Assembly: GCA_025934715.1 (NCBI GenBank)
Contig: JAICWR010000002.1
Coordinates: 152 to 64,151 of the forward strand
Reading direction: 5' to 3'
Source: Candidatus Saccharimonadota bacterium
GTDB lineage: Bacteria; Patescibacteriota; Saccharimonadia; Saccharimonadales; UBA10212
DNA: 64,000 bases
Shown here: positions 9,616 through 18,748 of the stretch, in pieces
Layout of the letters: each line of letters starts with the position of its first letter
How positions within the stretch are numbered: position 1 is the stretch's first letter
Position numbers and translations under genes: made by a program
The notes under the pieces: generated by a model
What the model saw: the letters and a program-made list of their open reading frames with translations, nothing else
The model's database searches: none
Told to the model about the DNA's origin: nothing

Positions 9616-10926
9616 TCAGTTTTTATTCGCAAGAGCCTCAACTCCCGGTAGCTTATGCCCACTAATCAGCTCCAGCGTGGCGCCACCGCCAGTGGAGACG
9701 AAACCAAAGTCATCTGTCAATCGCTCGCCCTCCACGTAGCTCACGGTGTCCCCGCCGCCAACTAGCGTGAATGGCTTGCTAGCGTGTTTATTGCTGGCGC
9801 CTATCATGGCCTCGACTATGGTGTGGGTGCCGTGGGCGAACGGATCATGAGCGCCGGCAATGCCTCTCACTTCCGTGATACCGCAGGGCCCGTTCCAAAT
9901 TACCGTGCGAGCTAGCTTCACTGCGCCAGCGATCTGGGCGGCGCTGGCCGGCCCAATATCCAAAACCAGTTCATCTTTTTCCACTGTGTAAGCGCGGGGG
10001 CAGGGAATTTTAGGGTAAGCTTCTATATCTGAGGTGTTGCCGCCAAGCACGTCAACAATTCTGGTCGGGCCTGTGCCACCGATTTTTTCAGACACCACAG
10101 CATCAACCGGCACCAGGAAACTGAAGTTGCGTTTTTGTTCTTCGCTCTTAGCCAGAGCGAGGATTTCATGAGTGGTGCCCAGCGCCTCTTTTTCAACCTT
10201 GCTCTTGCCGATTTTCACACCCTCGGCCAGCAAAAAGTTATTGGCCATGGCGCCCACCACCGCCACGCAATCGGATAATTTAATAAGCTTGTTTAAAACC
10301 TCGATTTTATCGCTGACTTTAGCACCACCGACTATCGACACTAGCGGGCGTGCCGGCTCTTTGACGACCTTTTGAATCGTGGTGACTTCTTTTTCCAACA
10401 GCAACCCGGCGACAGACGGCAGCATTTTTGTTATGGCGTCAGTGGAGGCATGTGCCCGATGCACCACTCCAAAGCCGTCCTGCACGAACACGTCAGCCCC
10501 GCTAGTCTCCGCCAGTTCCTGGGCGAACTGTTTATCATTTTTCTCTTCCCGCGGGTCAAACCGCAGGTTCTCCAGCATAAGGATTTGCCCCGGCCCTAGT
10601 TTTTCGCAGGCTTGTTTGGCCTCCGCCCCAACCGTGCTTTCTACAAATTCCACCTTTTTATCGAGCAGTTCGGACAACCGTCTGGCCACCGGCTTTAGGC
10701 TGAACTCAGCGGACGGCTTGCCGTCCGGCCGGCCCAAATGGGAGACAATGACAATACTTGACTGGTATTGCTCCCAAATATATTGGATAGTCTGCACAGA
10801 TTGCTTAATACGGTAGTCATCAGAAATCTTGCCATCATCAACGGGCACATTATAATCAGCGCGGACAAGCACCCGCTTCCCTTTCAAATCCACATCTTTC
10901 ACGGTTTTTTTGTTGAATCCCACCAT
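9616..10926 (-). CDS. pgk: Phosphoglycerate kinase
   Basis: RADYNVP, SHLGRP, HRAHAS, GGAKVSDK, STGGGA. Confidence 0.97.
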   Translation of the reverse strand: MVGFNKKTVKDVDLKGKRVLVRADYNVPVDDGKISDDYRIKQSVQTIQYIWEQYQSSIVIVSHLGRPDGKPSAEFSLKPVARRLSELLDKKVEFVESTVGAEAKQACEKLGPGQILMLENLRFDPREEKNDKQFAQELAETSGADVFVQDGFGVVHRAHASTDAITKMLPSVAGLLLEKEVTTIQKVVKEPARPLVSIVGGAKVSDKIEVLNKLIKLSDCVAVVGAMANNFLLAEGVKIGKSKVEKEALGTTHEILALAKSEEQKRNFSFLVPVDAVVSEKIGGTGPTRIVDVLGGNTSDIEAYPKIPCPRAYTVEKDELVLDIGPASAAQIAGAVKLARTVIWNGPCGITEVRGIAGAHDPFAHGTHTIVEAMIGASNKHASKPFTLVGGGDTVSYVEGERLTDDFGFVSTGGGATLELISGHKLPGVEALANKN

Positions 10927-11005
10927 CTTAGGCAAGTATGGCAAAATCAAATTGAAATTACTAGGGTCACGCAAAAACTAGCGCTGAATTAAGCCGCGAA
11001 AATTC

Positions 11006-11443
11006 TTACTCGAACACCCAGGTTGTGGACGAGACGATCGTATTTTTGCCGTTTTTGGGGTTACGTTCCCTGATTTGAAGCAATTGTGAGCCCGGCGATC
11101 CTGTTGAGATATCACCGGTCACGGTATTGATACAGCCTTTGCTGTCTGCCAGGCCCGCTCCCACGGCCCACTGGCCGATTCCGGTATCCGCAATCAAAGT
11201 TTCATTCGCGCCGGGAGTGTAGCCGCAGCCGGTTATGGTAAGGTGTACCGTTGTGGCGGCTGGGGCTGGATTAGGAGATACTTGCAGGGTAGCCGACGAA
11301 TGAGTGGAATTGTTTTTTGGCGCCGCACTGGCTATAATCGCAAAAATTCCCACGCCAGCAAAAATAGCTACGAACACTATCACTTGCCAAAGCTGGAAGG
11401 ATTGTTTCCTTTTCAAAAATTTTGTTTGTGTTTTCTTTGCCAT
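11006..11443 (-). CDS. Membrane-anchored small beta-rich (Ig-like) protein
   Basis: Basic N-terminus, TM helix, beta-rich domain with Cys pair. Confidence 0.7.
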   Translation of the reverse strand: MAKKTQTKFLKRKQSFQLWQVIVFVAIFAGVGIFAIIASAAPKNNSTHSSATLQVSPNPAPAATTVHLTITGCGYTPGANETLIADTGIGQWAVGAGLADSKGCINTVTGDISTGSPGSQLLQIRERNPKNGKNTIVSSTTWVFE

Positions 11444-11601
11444 ATTTTTATTTACCTTGTTAATTACTATTGGTCACTCTATATTTAACGGTCTTATGTT
11501 GTCAAGATTTCAATAAAAAACCTGGCTCTTTCAGTTGTGGACCCAGCGATCCGATTTATAAAGAAATGGTGGGTAAGATTATCAGGTGGAATGTGCTTTT
11601 A

Positions 11602-11874
11602 CTAAATAATTAAACTGTTAAGCTCATGGTCTGTAGCAGCAGATATCTTAGCAGCTTCTATGCTTGCTTGAGAACGACGGAAATCACGAAAATCAACCGC
11701 TGTTTGGTAAATAGCTCTGGCCTCCGGATTAAGTTTGCCGAGAAACCACCGGCCGAATTTACCGGCTCTATCAAAACCTGCTATTAGTTCAGCGTGAGTT
11801 TCAAAATGTTCTCTTATTGCCCTGTCGGGATTAGCTAATCGGTCTCGGGCTCTTTTTTGTCTATCCTGCTCCAT
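11602..11874 (-). CDS. Hypothetical protein
   Basis: ORF abutting the upstream ORF (TAG-ATG), low GC. Confidence 0.6.
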   Translation of the reverse strand: MEQDRQKRARDRLANPDRAIREHFETHAELIAGFDRAGKFGRWFLGKLNPEARAIYQTAVDFRDFRRSQASIEAAKISAATDHELNSLII

Positions 11875-12231
11875 CTATATAGACTCTCTATCATCAAGAG
11901 CTTTTTGCATACTATCTATTATCTTTTCGGCCATCGTATTTCCTCGGCCAGGATGTCCGCCAAGGTATATTAAATCTCCTAGTTGTATGCTTTCAACCAC
12001 TTCATCATCACTCTTGCCATATCTGAAGGCAGCAGTAGCTATCTTACTGGCTTCAATAACGGATACCATGCCTAAAAACTCTATGACAAAAAACTTATTT
12101 AAATATGCTTCGCCGTATGCTCTGTTCACATCATCATCACTGGAAAGTAACTGCTCTATTTGCTCCATATCTTTATCATCCCAATCAAATTGAGGCAATG
12201 GGCCTTGGATAAGCTCAGGTTTATCTGACAT
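11875..12231 (-). CDS. Hypothetical acidic protein
   Basis: SD AGGAG, low GC. Confidence 0.7.
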   Translation of the reverse strand: MSDKPELIQGPLPQFDWDDKDMEQIEQLLSSDDDVNRAYGEAYLNKFFVIEFLGMVSVIEASKIATAAFRYGKSDDEVVESIQLGDLIYLGGHPGRGNTMAEKIIDSMQKALDDRESI

Positions 12232-12251
12232 TAACTCTCCTAATAATTTAA

Positions 12252-12761
12252 TTACGGCTCATTAGCACCACTACTCTCAATAGTAAATCTGGCCAGTAGC
12301 CTATCTCTATCAAATTGAGGTAAGGCAGACATAGTTTGAGCAAGGTCTTCAATATCAACGGAAGAGTCTCGCAGCGCGACGTACTCTTTTACGGATTGTT
12401 TAGTATTTTGAATCGTACGAGCAACTTCTATGTCTGCGGCTAGTGTATCTAAATCAAGAGGCGGCTTTTTAAAACTCAACTCGCCTAGACCGTAGTATTT
12501 CCAATGAGGTAAGAATCTAACTTGAATGCCTTCAAAGTCATATTCCATTGGTACGCCAATAGCGTAGTCGTTATCAATTATAAATGTTGGGGTAGCTTCG
12601 CTATCAAGAAGAAGTTTTAGAGTTACGAGGTTTCGTTCCCATAAGCCATGGTCTTTTATGTACGGTTTGTCTGAGTACCATGAAATGTCATCAAATCTTA
12701 AAGGAACCTTCGGTTGGCGTTCGTTAATCATACCTGAAATAGGATGTCTTTCCCTGGGCAT
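12252..12761 (-). CDS. Hypothetical protein
   Basis: 169-aa low-GC ORF just downstream of tRNA-Glu. Confidence 0.7.
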   Translation of the reverse strand: MPRERHPISGMINERQPKVPLRFDDISWYSDKPYIKDHGLWERNLVTLKLLLDSEATPTFIIDNDYAIGVPMEYDFEGIQVRFLPHWKYYGLGELSFKKPPLDLDTLAADIEVARTIQNTKQSVKEYVALRDSSVDIEDLAQTMSALPQFDRDRLLARFTIESSGANEP

Positions 12762-12808
12762 TAGTTAATTTTCTAATAATTACACCTGATGTGCAAGCAT
12801 GAGCGTAA

Positions 12809-12883
<75 letters not shown>

Positions 12884-12920
12884 AAAACAGAGGTATTTTA
12901 GCAGACTTACCCCTGATACC

Positions 12921-12964
12921 AAAAATCCCCCGATGCTATCCTCACCATAGCAAACAGGGGATTT
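12921..12964 (-). terminator. Intrinsic terminator-like hairpin
   Basis: AAATCCCC...GGGGATTTTT on the minus strand. Confidence 0.55.
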
Positions 12965-13089
12965 AAGGTTATATTCAAATTTTTGTTTTCGAGCGGTCAG
13001 TCACGATTGCTCTGTTGTCCATCTGTTACGCTAGCACAAATCAACGATTTGCACAAGCTTTATGCACAGGGAACTGACCGTTCTAGAAG

Positions 13090-13256
13090 CTAAAACTTTC
13101 CTGCTTGGATGAAGCGCCAGGAAGCGGCGAAGCACGCAGTGAGCTGTATTGTAATACAGCGACTGAGTACTGGAGCCGCTGACACAGCGATTAGCCAAGA
13201 GCGCTGGCGGGTTCCGGTTTAGCCGGAAACAGGCCAGCGCGCCAGGAAAGTTTTAG
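13090..13256. repeat. 167-bp structured palindromic (MITE/REP-like) element, copy 1
   Basis: Perfect 14-bp terminal IR CTAAAACTTTCCTG/CAGGAAAGTTTTAG; core shared with 15763-15931. Confidence 0.75.
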
Positions 13257-13258
13257 TC

Positions 13259-13933
13259 TTAGCGACGCTTGCGGGACACAACGTAGTGCCCAGCAGCGCC
13301 CAGGGAACTCACTCCGGTAAAGATACCCAGCACGTCACCCGCGCCGGTGTTCGGCAAAGTCTTCGTAGGTGTTGGGGTAGGTGTAGGTGTTGGAGTCGGT
13401 GTAGGAGTAGGAGTCGGGCAGCTAATCTTGGCTTTATAGTTCACGAACTCAGTCGTTGAACCATTAAGGCCGCCGATGTCTACGCCACTGGAAGTGATAG
13501 TATCGGGCAAAGTCTTGATGACATTACCTTTACCATCAAACAAAGTGGTTGTGCCGTTCTCGTAACTCACGGTCTGAGCAGAATCTATGTTTACAGTAGC
13601 GATTCCAGAAGTACCGGAAGTGCCACCGAGGTTGGTGGTAGCCGTCATTATAGAGGTATTAACGGTAGAGCTGCCACTGGGCAAGTTTACCTTAACCTTA
13701 ACATCGGTAAGACCACCAAACGAAATGTTGTGAAGCCGAATGCTGTACTCAACCTGTTCACAAGCGCTGGCGTTGGTTGACGGAGCATAACTACCGCCTT
13801 TAGTAACGTTCTTGACGTTATACACGATAGAACCGCCTTCAAGCTGGCCAGGGCTGTCGGCAATCGCCGGAGCGGCAATAGCAAACACAGGCAAAGCAGC
13901 CAAAACAATGGCTAATTTAGAAAATCGAATCAT
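13259..13933 (-). CDS. LPxTG sortase-anchored surface protein
   Basis: Signal peptide, Ig-like domain, (PT)n linker, LPNTG, hydrophobic segment, RKRR tail. Confidence 0.9.
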   Translation of the reverse strand: MIRFSKLAIVLAALPVFAIAAPAIADSPGQLEGGSIVYNVKNVTKGGSYAPSTNASACEQVEYSIRLHNISFGGLTDVKVKVNLPSGSSTVNTSIMTATTNLGGTSGTSGIATVNIDSAQTVSYENGTTTLFDGKGNVIKTLPDTITSSGVDIGGLNGSTTEFVNYKAKISCPTPTPTPTPTPTPTPTPTKTLPNTGAGDVLGIFTGVSSLGAAGHYVVSRKRR

Positions 13934-14058
13934 ATCAATTCTCCTTATCTAATCGAACTTAAATTACTTTACTTAACAAACTAGGTAGATACTGGACTTT
14001 AAATAGAGTGAAATCGACTACTGGCGCGCTATTAGCTGCTGCCAGTAGTCGTTGGGGA

Positions 14059-14090
14059 GGCGGGCACCCGCTGGAATGCGGGTGCCCGTC
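14059..14090. terminator. GC-rich hairpin without a U-tract
   Basis: GGCGGGCACCCGC-TGGAAT-GCGGGTGCCCGTC downstream of the high-GC gene. Confidence 0.55.
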
Positions 14091-14149
14091 CTATCCACGC
14101 CCCTCGGTCCCCCTTCATACTGAGGAGCGATCTGGAGGAGTGGCACCGA

Positions 14150-15499
14150 CTACGTGCTGTGGAGCTCCTTGCTGACTCCACTGGGGATGCTGGGGTTCGG
14201 CGGCGGCTGGACGACATCGATCGGCGTCGACGGGTCAGGGCTTTGCACCTCACCCGTGGTCAGGTCGACCACGTGGGCCGACACGGTGTCGGTGACCGGC
14301 TCCGTCGGAGCCGTGTATGTCACCTCGATGACCTGGTCGCTGCCGGTTGCAATCACCGTGAACGAGTTCGTCACGCTGAGCGTGCCGTAGTTCACGTGCA
14401 TTGTGATCTGCAAGGTATTCCCTGCCGGTGCCAGGCAGTGCAACTTGACCGGCGCCGTACTGATGTTGCCGGTCGAGAAGTCGCTGGTGTCGACCTCCTG
14501 AATCGTGTCGAAGTGACACGAAGGAGGCGGCGGGGGCGGCGTTTGGCGGTTTTTGAACTCCGCCTGTACGCCAGAGGACTCACAGGTGAACGTCTCAGGG
14601 TTATCCGACAGGATCTCCCAGCCATTCTTCGGGTTCTCGGTGATGATAACCGAGTCACCGACCTTGCAAGTCCCTGCGGACTGCGGGTTGCTGTCGAGGG
14701 GTACCGTCGTCGTCGTTCCTCCGGTCGTCACCTGGAAGGTGAACGTGCCTCCGGTCGGACAGGTTTCCTGCACGCCGGTGTCGTCCTCGCAGACCTTACC
14801 GATGGTAATCGGCGGCTTGGAGGGCGGCGGGGTCTGAGGAGGCGGAGGTGGGGACGGAGGCGGGATGGTCTTGGTCGTCTGATGGTGGACGTGCGTCACC
14901 TTCGTGATGCACTTGTGCCGAACGACCGCGAAGTTACCGCATTTGAACGGCACCTTCGTTTCGATGAAGCACGTCTTGGTCGTGATGGTGTCCACCCGGT
15001 CAAAGAACTCGGTCTTGCTGCCGTCGCTGTTCGTGACGGTCTTGACCAGCTTCGTCAGGCCATGCTTCACGGTCGTCTTCACGTTGATGACGACGCGTGA
15101 GCAGAATGCCGGGGCGCCATGGCGCTTGTAGCGCGGGTCGCGGAACGTGACGTTCCGGTCCACACTCGTGCCATTGATGCCGAAGCTCATCCGGATGAAG
15201 TGATCGCCGTAGCGAAGCACGCACTGACGGAAATTGCCCTCGCGCGTGGCCAGCACGAACTTCTTCCGTGCGGACTTGCTGAGCCCGGCGTACTTCATGG
15301 CCGTCGCGCCCTTGCGGGACGTGATCAGCTTGACGTAGCCGTGACGAGCGTTGCCGTGGTCGAATGCCGCCAGGCCGCCCGGGGTTACCGGGTCGCCGCC
15401 GAGGCGGGTCCAGCCGTTGCTCGCGAACGCGCTGTTCGAAAGCATCAAGATCGCCCCGACCACACTGGCCAGGACGAGAAGGAAGCGCTTTGCACGCAT
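14150..15499 (-). CDS. Secreted Cys-containing multi-domain protein with poly-Pro linkers (high-GC gene)
   Basis: SD GAAAGGAG before MRAKRF; signal peptide ending AFA; basic N-domain, acidic beta-rich C-domains; strongly G/C-ending codons. Confidence 0.85.
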   Translation of the reverse strand: MRAKRFLLVLASVVGAILMLSNSAFASNGWTRLGGDPVTPGGLAAFDHGNARHGYVKLITSRKGATAMKYAGLSKSARKKFVLATREGNFRQCVLRYGDHFIRMSFGINGTSVDRNVTFRDPRYKRHGAPAFCSRVVINVKTTVKHGLTKLVKTVTNSDGSKTEFFDRVDTITTKTCFIETKVPFKCGNFAVVRHKCITKVTHVHHQTTKTIPPPSPPPPPQTPPPSKPPITIGKVCEDDTGVQETCPTGGTFTFQVTTGGTTTTVPLDSNPQSAGTCKVGDSVIITENPKNGWEILSDNPETFTCESSGVQAEFKNRQTPPPPPPSCHFDTIQEVDTSDFSTGNISTAPVKLHCLAPAGNTLQITMHVNYGTLSVTNSFTVIATGSDQVIEVTYTAPTEPVTDTVSAHVVDLTTGEVQSPDPSTPIDVVQPPPNPSIPSGVSKELHST

Positions 15500-15762
15500 C
15501 TCTGCTCTCCTTTCGGTGATCGAGGACAAAGAAAACACCGCGTGGGTGATCAATTCCACGCGGTGTGCCGGCCGATACTGCTAGACCGTGCGTCTTAGCG
15601 ACAAATAACTTATCGCTAAGACGCACGATCCAACCGGGCGCACTAAAGCTCGCGTGGATAAATGTAGTAGTCGGAATGGGATTAAGGAGCCGCCTTATAA
15701 ATAAGTGGCTCGACTTAAAGCCCCATAACTACCTAGTTTGCTGTCTTAAATTTACAAAATTT

Positions 15763-15931
15763 AACACACTTTCGTGCTTGGAAGCAGTGCAAGGAAGAAT
15801 CAAGCAACGCAAAGAGCTGTATTTGAATACAGTGATTGAGTAGCGGAGATTCTGACGAAGCAATGCGCCAAGAGCACTTTAACCAAGGCGAGCTTAGCTT
15901 GCCTTGTTAAAGTGCATCACGAACGTGTGTT
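15763..15931. repeat. 169-bp structured palindromic element, copy 2
   Basis: 13/14 terminal IR AACACACTTTCGTG/CACGAACGTGTGTT; core shared with 13090-13256. Confidence 0.75.
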
Positions 15932-15937
15932 GGACAA

Positions 15938-16070
15938 CAAAAGGCTAAGCATTTTACTGCTTAGCTGTGACTGACTTGTTAAGTAACACCTCACCCGCCA
16001 CAGCTTCGGAAGAGTACTCATTGCCGCTCTACCTTAGAGGTTTCCCACCTCTCGCATGTGTTGCGAGGAT
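15938..16070 (-). ncRNA. Candidate sRNA or attenuator leader
   Basis: Bounded by a consensus promoter and an intrinsic terminator (GCTAAGCA/TGCTTAGC plus U-tract); several internal hairpins. Confidence 0.55.
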
Positions 16071-16076
16071 GTCCAT

Positions 16077-16105
16077 ACTCTACCACAACAAGTCGCTAAT
16101 GTCAA
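16077..16105 (-). promoter_or_regulatory. Sigma70-type promoter
   Basis: TTGACA, 17 bp spacer, TAGAGT with extended TG. Confidence 0.75.
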
Positions 16106-16175
16106 TACTCTATGCAATGAAAGTTAAATAAGGACAAGCACTATGGCCAACACTTTATTATAAAAACCCGTAGGG

Positions 16176-16415
16176 TTATTCGAGCTCTACGCCAACTATA
16201 ATCGCGGTAGGTGCGACCGCTTCCGCGCCTATAACTTCCCCGACCCGCTGTAGGCCTTCTTTAGCTAACAACATAGTGCTCTCCCGGCGAAGTTCCCCGG
16301 GCGATATCTGCTCAACTTCTACCCCTGGCAACCTAAATGCTTTAGCCAGTTGTTCTTCTTCACGTCTGGCTTTCTCAGGCCCAGCCGGGTCATATAGTGT
16401 GGAGATTTCTAACAT
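16176..16415 (-). CDS. Hypothetical protein
   Basis: 79-aa ORF with ATG start filling an intergenic gap. Confidence 0.5.
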   Translation of the reverse strand: MLEISTLYDPAGPEKARREEEQLAKAFRLPGVEVEQISPGELRRESTMLLAKEGLQRVGEVIGAEAVAPTAIIVGVELE

Positions 16416-16480
16416 GTTTCTTTCAGCTGTAACTGATTTCCGGAAAGTGATTATACGCCGCCGTCAAGCCAAGTGCAACA

Positions 16481-18700
16481 TTATGCCGCTACGGCCTCAG
16501 CGGCTGGTTTAACCGGAGCCTTACCCTTTATCTCCACCTTATGCCTGGGGAAGCTGAAGCCAAAGGTGCTGCCTTTGCCTTCCTCGCTCTTAAAGATAAT
16601 CGAGCCTCCTTGGGCGACTATTACCTTCTTGGCCATAAATAGGCCTAACCCCGTGCCATCTGGCCGCATCTTCCTAGCATTCCCTGCTCTATAGAACTTG
16701 CTGAACAGATGGTGCTGCTCGGCTTTTGGTACTCCTAGGCCAGTGTCGGTCACGGTGTAAGTAACGGCACTATCTGTCAACCCCAGTTCCACCTCTATAC
16801 TGCCCTCCGCCGGGGTGTAATAGATGGCGTTATCTAAGAAGTTCATAATCACTTGGCGTATCTTGGTTTCATCTAGGCTAAGCATCGGGAATTTATCCGG
16901 CTTCTTAAGGGTTAATTTAAGCTTATGGTGCTCGGCTGTATCTGTCAGGAGTTTGACCTCTGATTCGACCATCTTGGCCAGATCAGTCGGCTTGTTTTCT
17001 ATCACAAACTTACCGCTCTGTAAGCGCGAGACATTCAAGAGGTCGGCTATCAGAAACACCATGCGTTCGGCGCTGTCGAAAGCCTGCTGGATCATCTGTT
17101 TCTCGTTCTTGTTGACTGGGCCGACATCGCCTTCTAAAACCATGCTCAGATAGCCCTTGATGGTCGTCAGTGGCGTACGCAACTGGTGGCTGGCCATGCT
17201 GATAAACTCATCCTTGGTCTGGTCGAGCTCTTTAAGCCGGTGGTTAGCGTGCCGCAGCTGCTTTGTGGCCTCCTCAATCCTTTCCTGCAGCGTGATGTTG
17301 AAATGCTGAATCTCCTCGAACCGCAAGGCATTCTGAATAGCGATTACAAGCTCGTCAGCAATAATCCCCATCACGGTAATGTCTTGAGGCGAATATAAAC
17401 CCCCGCTACGTTTTTGGCCAAGCAATATAAATCCAGGGTGTTGTACATGTCCAGATACCCTGCCTTCTAGTTTCACTAAGCCGGCGACATTTGCATCGTG
17501 CATCAGACCGCTTAGGTGCCGCTTCGAACTATCCAGGTCTTCAGCTATTACGACTTTCCCCTTTACATGTTCTGAAGCTGTGGTCAGCTGCTTAAGCAAA
17601 CCTTCATCAATCCGCGCCGGCCGTGTCCCGGCGAGCCGGTAGGCCTGTGAACCGGTTTCCTTAATTACAAAACCGCAGAACTCTGCCTTGAGCGTATCTC
17701 TTATAACCTCAGAGCTTTGGTCAAGGATGGCATCAAGGTCGATGGTTGTAACTAGTGATCTATTAAGGGTGTTTAGCAATCCCTCAGAGTCATAGGCATC
17801 CCTGTAAAAAATCTTGGTCGTGGCCCTATCAAAAAAAGATTTAAGAGGATTATAGCCAATCGCCAAAGCCACGACTACCACAGCGTCAAATAGCTGCTGG
17901 GAGCCCTTGGAAAGACTGTAATTGTCGGCGATCACGGAAATTAGATACACCAGCAAAAGTGTGACAGCAACGATTGAGCCAAGAGAGAATAGGTATGCCG
18001 CTGACCTGGCAACGACCGCCCTTATGTCGAAAAAGCCGTGCTTGGTAATTGCATAAGCTACGAATAATGAAAAAATAAACAATGAAAAGCTGCCGAATAA
18101 AATCGCTCGAGTATTGACATTCAAAACAGTCAAAACTATCCCTGTAACGATGTTAACTGCTGCGACGATTGACAGGCCAAATAACAGCAATTTAATCTGG
18201 TTTTTCTCCCGGGGAGTAGACCGCCTAAATTTAAAGAGCAACATTATTGTGCCAGCTAGGATATAGAGGAGCCCTACTCCATCCGAAAGATTATAGAGAG
18301 GGCCGATATCTTGGGGATGAGCCCCATAACTCTCGATAGATACAGATGAGACTGTCAAAGAAGTGAAGGATAGTAGAGCGATAACCACTAAGGGCACTGA
18401 ATAAAGAATCTGTCTTGTGACGTTTACTTTAGTATCAAACGGAAAAACTAAAGCAAAATAGTAGAAGAATAGAAAAACCAAGGCCCCAAAAAACAGAGCA
18501 ATCCGTAAAAACCAGAGAGAATGGCTCGTGCTTTGGGACGCGTCCGCGCCAAACAAGAATAAGAGCCAAAGGGCTGCCAGAAAGTTTAGTGCCGCGAACA
18601 CTTGATTCCTAAGCTTCCGGGAGTTATTGAGTAAAATAAACAGACCAACTATAGATAAACCAATGATGGACGGAATGTAGGAGATAACCTTTAATAACAT
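16481..18700 (-). CDS. Sensor histidine kinase (N-terminal multi-TM/7TM domain, GAF-like, HisKA, HATPase)
   Basis: ASHQLRTPL H-box, NFLDNAIYY N-box, DTGLG and GTGLGL G-boxes; hydrophobic N-terminal ~290 aa. Confidence 0.95.
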   Translation of the reverse strand: MLLKVISYIPSIIGLSIVGLFILLNNSRKLRNQVFAALNFLAALWLLFLFGADASQSTSHSLWFLRIALFFGALVFLFFYYFALVFPFDTKVNVTRQILYSVPLVVIALLSFTSLTVSSVSIESYGAHPQDIGPLYNLSDGVGLLYILAGTIMLLFKFRRSTPREKNQIKLLLFGLSIVAAVNIVTGIVLTVLNVNTRAILFGSFSLFIFSLFVAYAITKHGFFDIRAVVARSAAYLFSLGSIVAVTLLLVYLISVIADNYSLSKGSQQLFDAVVVVALAIGYNPLKSFFDRATTKIFYRDAYDSEGLLNTLNRSLVTTIDLDAILDQSSEVIRDTLKAEFCGFVIKETGSQAYRLAGTRPARIDEGLLKQLTTASEHVKGKVVIAEDLDSSKRHLSGLMHDANVAGLVKLEGRVSGHVQHPGFILLGQKRSGGLYSPQDITVMGIIADELVIAIQNALRFEEIQHFNITLQERIEEATKQLRHANHRLKELDQTKDEFISMASHQLRTPLTTIKGYLSMVLEGDVGPVNKNEKQMIQQAFDSAERMVFLIADLLNVSRLQSGKFVIENKPTDLAKMVESEVKLLTDTAEHHKLKLTLKKPDKFPMLSLDETKIRQVIMNFLDNAIYYTPAEGSIEVELGLTDSAVTYTVTDTGLGVPKAEQHHLFSKFYRAGNARKMRPDGTGLGLFMAKKVIVAQGGSIIFKSEEGKGSTFGFSFPRHKVEIKGKAPVKPAAEAVAA

Positions 18701-18748
18701 CTATAAACTTCTAGTAAAATACTAGCATAAGAGTTACAGCGCACGAGA

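Noticed and set aside
11530-11580. GTGGACCCAGCG and TGGTGGGT as relic att sites of the tRNA-Glu island
   Set aside because: Similarity to the tRNA 3' end is too short and degenerate.
12975-13022. Possible leaderless 15-aa peptide MDNRAIVTDRSKTKI before a terminator
   Set aside because: Weak -10 element and too short to support without conservation data.
13364-13418. Hexamer-period repeat as a possible CRISPR array or VNTR
   Set aside because: It encodes the (PT)n linker with varied synonymous codons. No CRISPR repeat-spacer array was seen in the window.
14159-15626. Long alternative ORFs (313, 208 and 159 aa) overlapping the high-GC gene
   Set aside because: Expected shadow ORFs of GC3-rich sequence; Arg-rich and without motifs.
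15565-15740. c-di-AMP (ydaO) riboswitch upstream of the secreted protein
   Set aside because: The conserved ydaO segments are not recognisable; the structure is better explained by local hairpins and long-range pairing.
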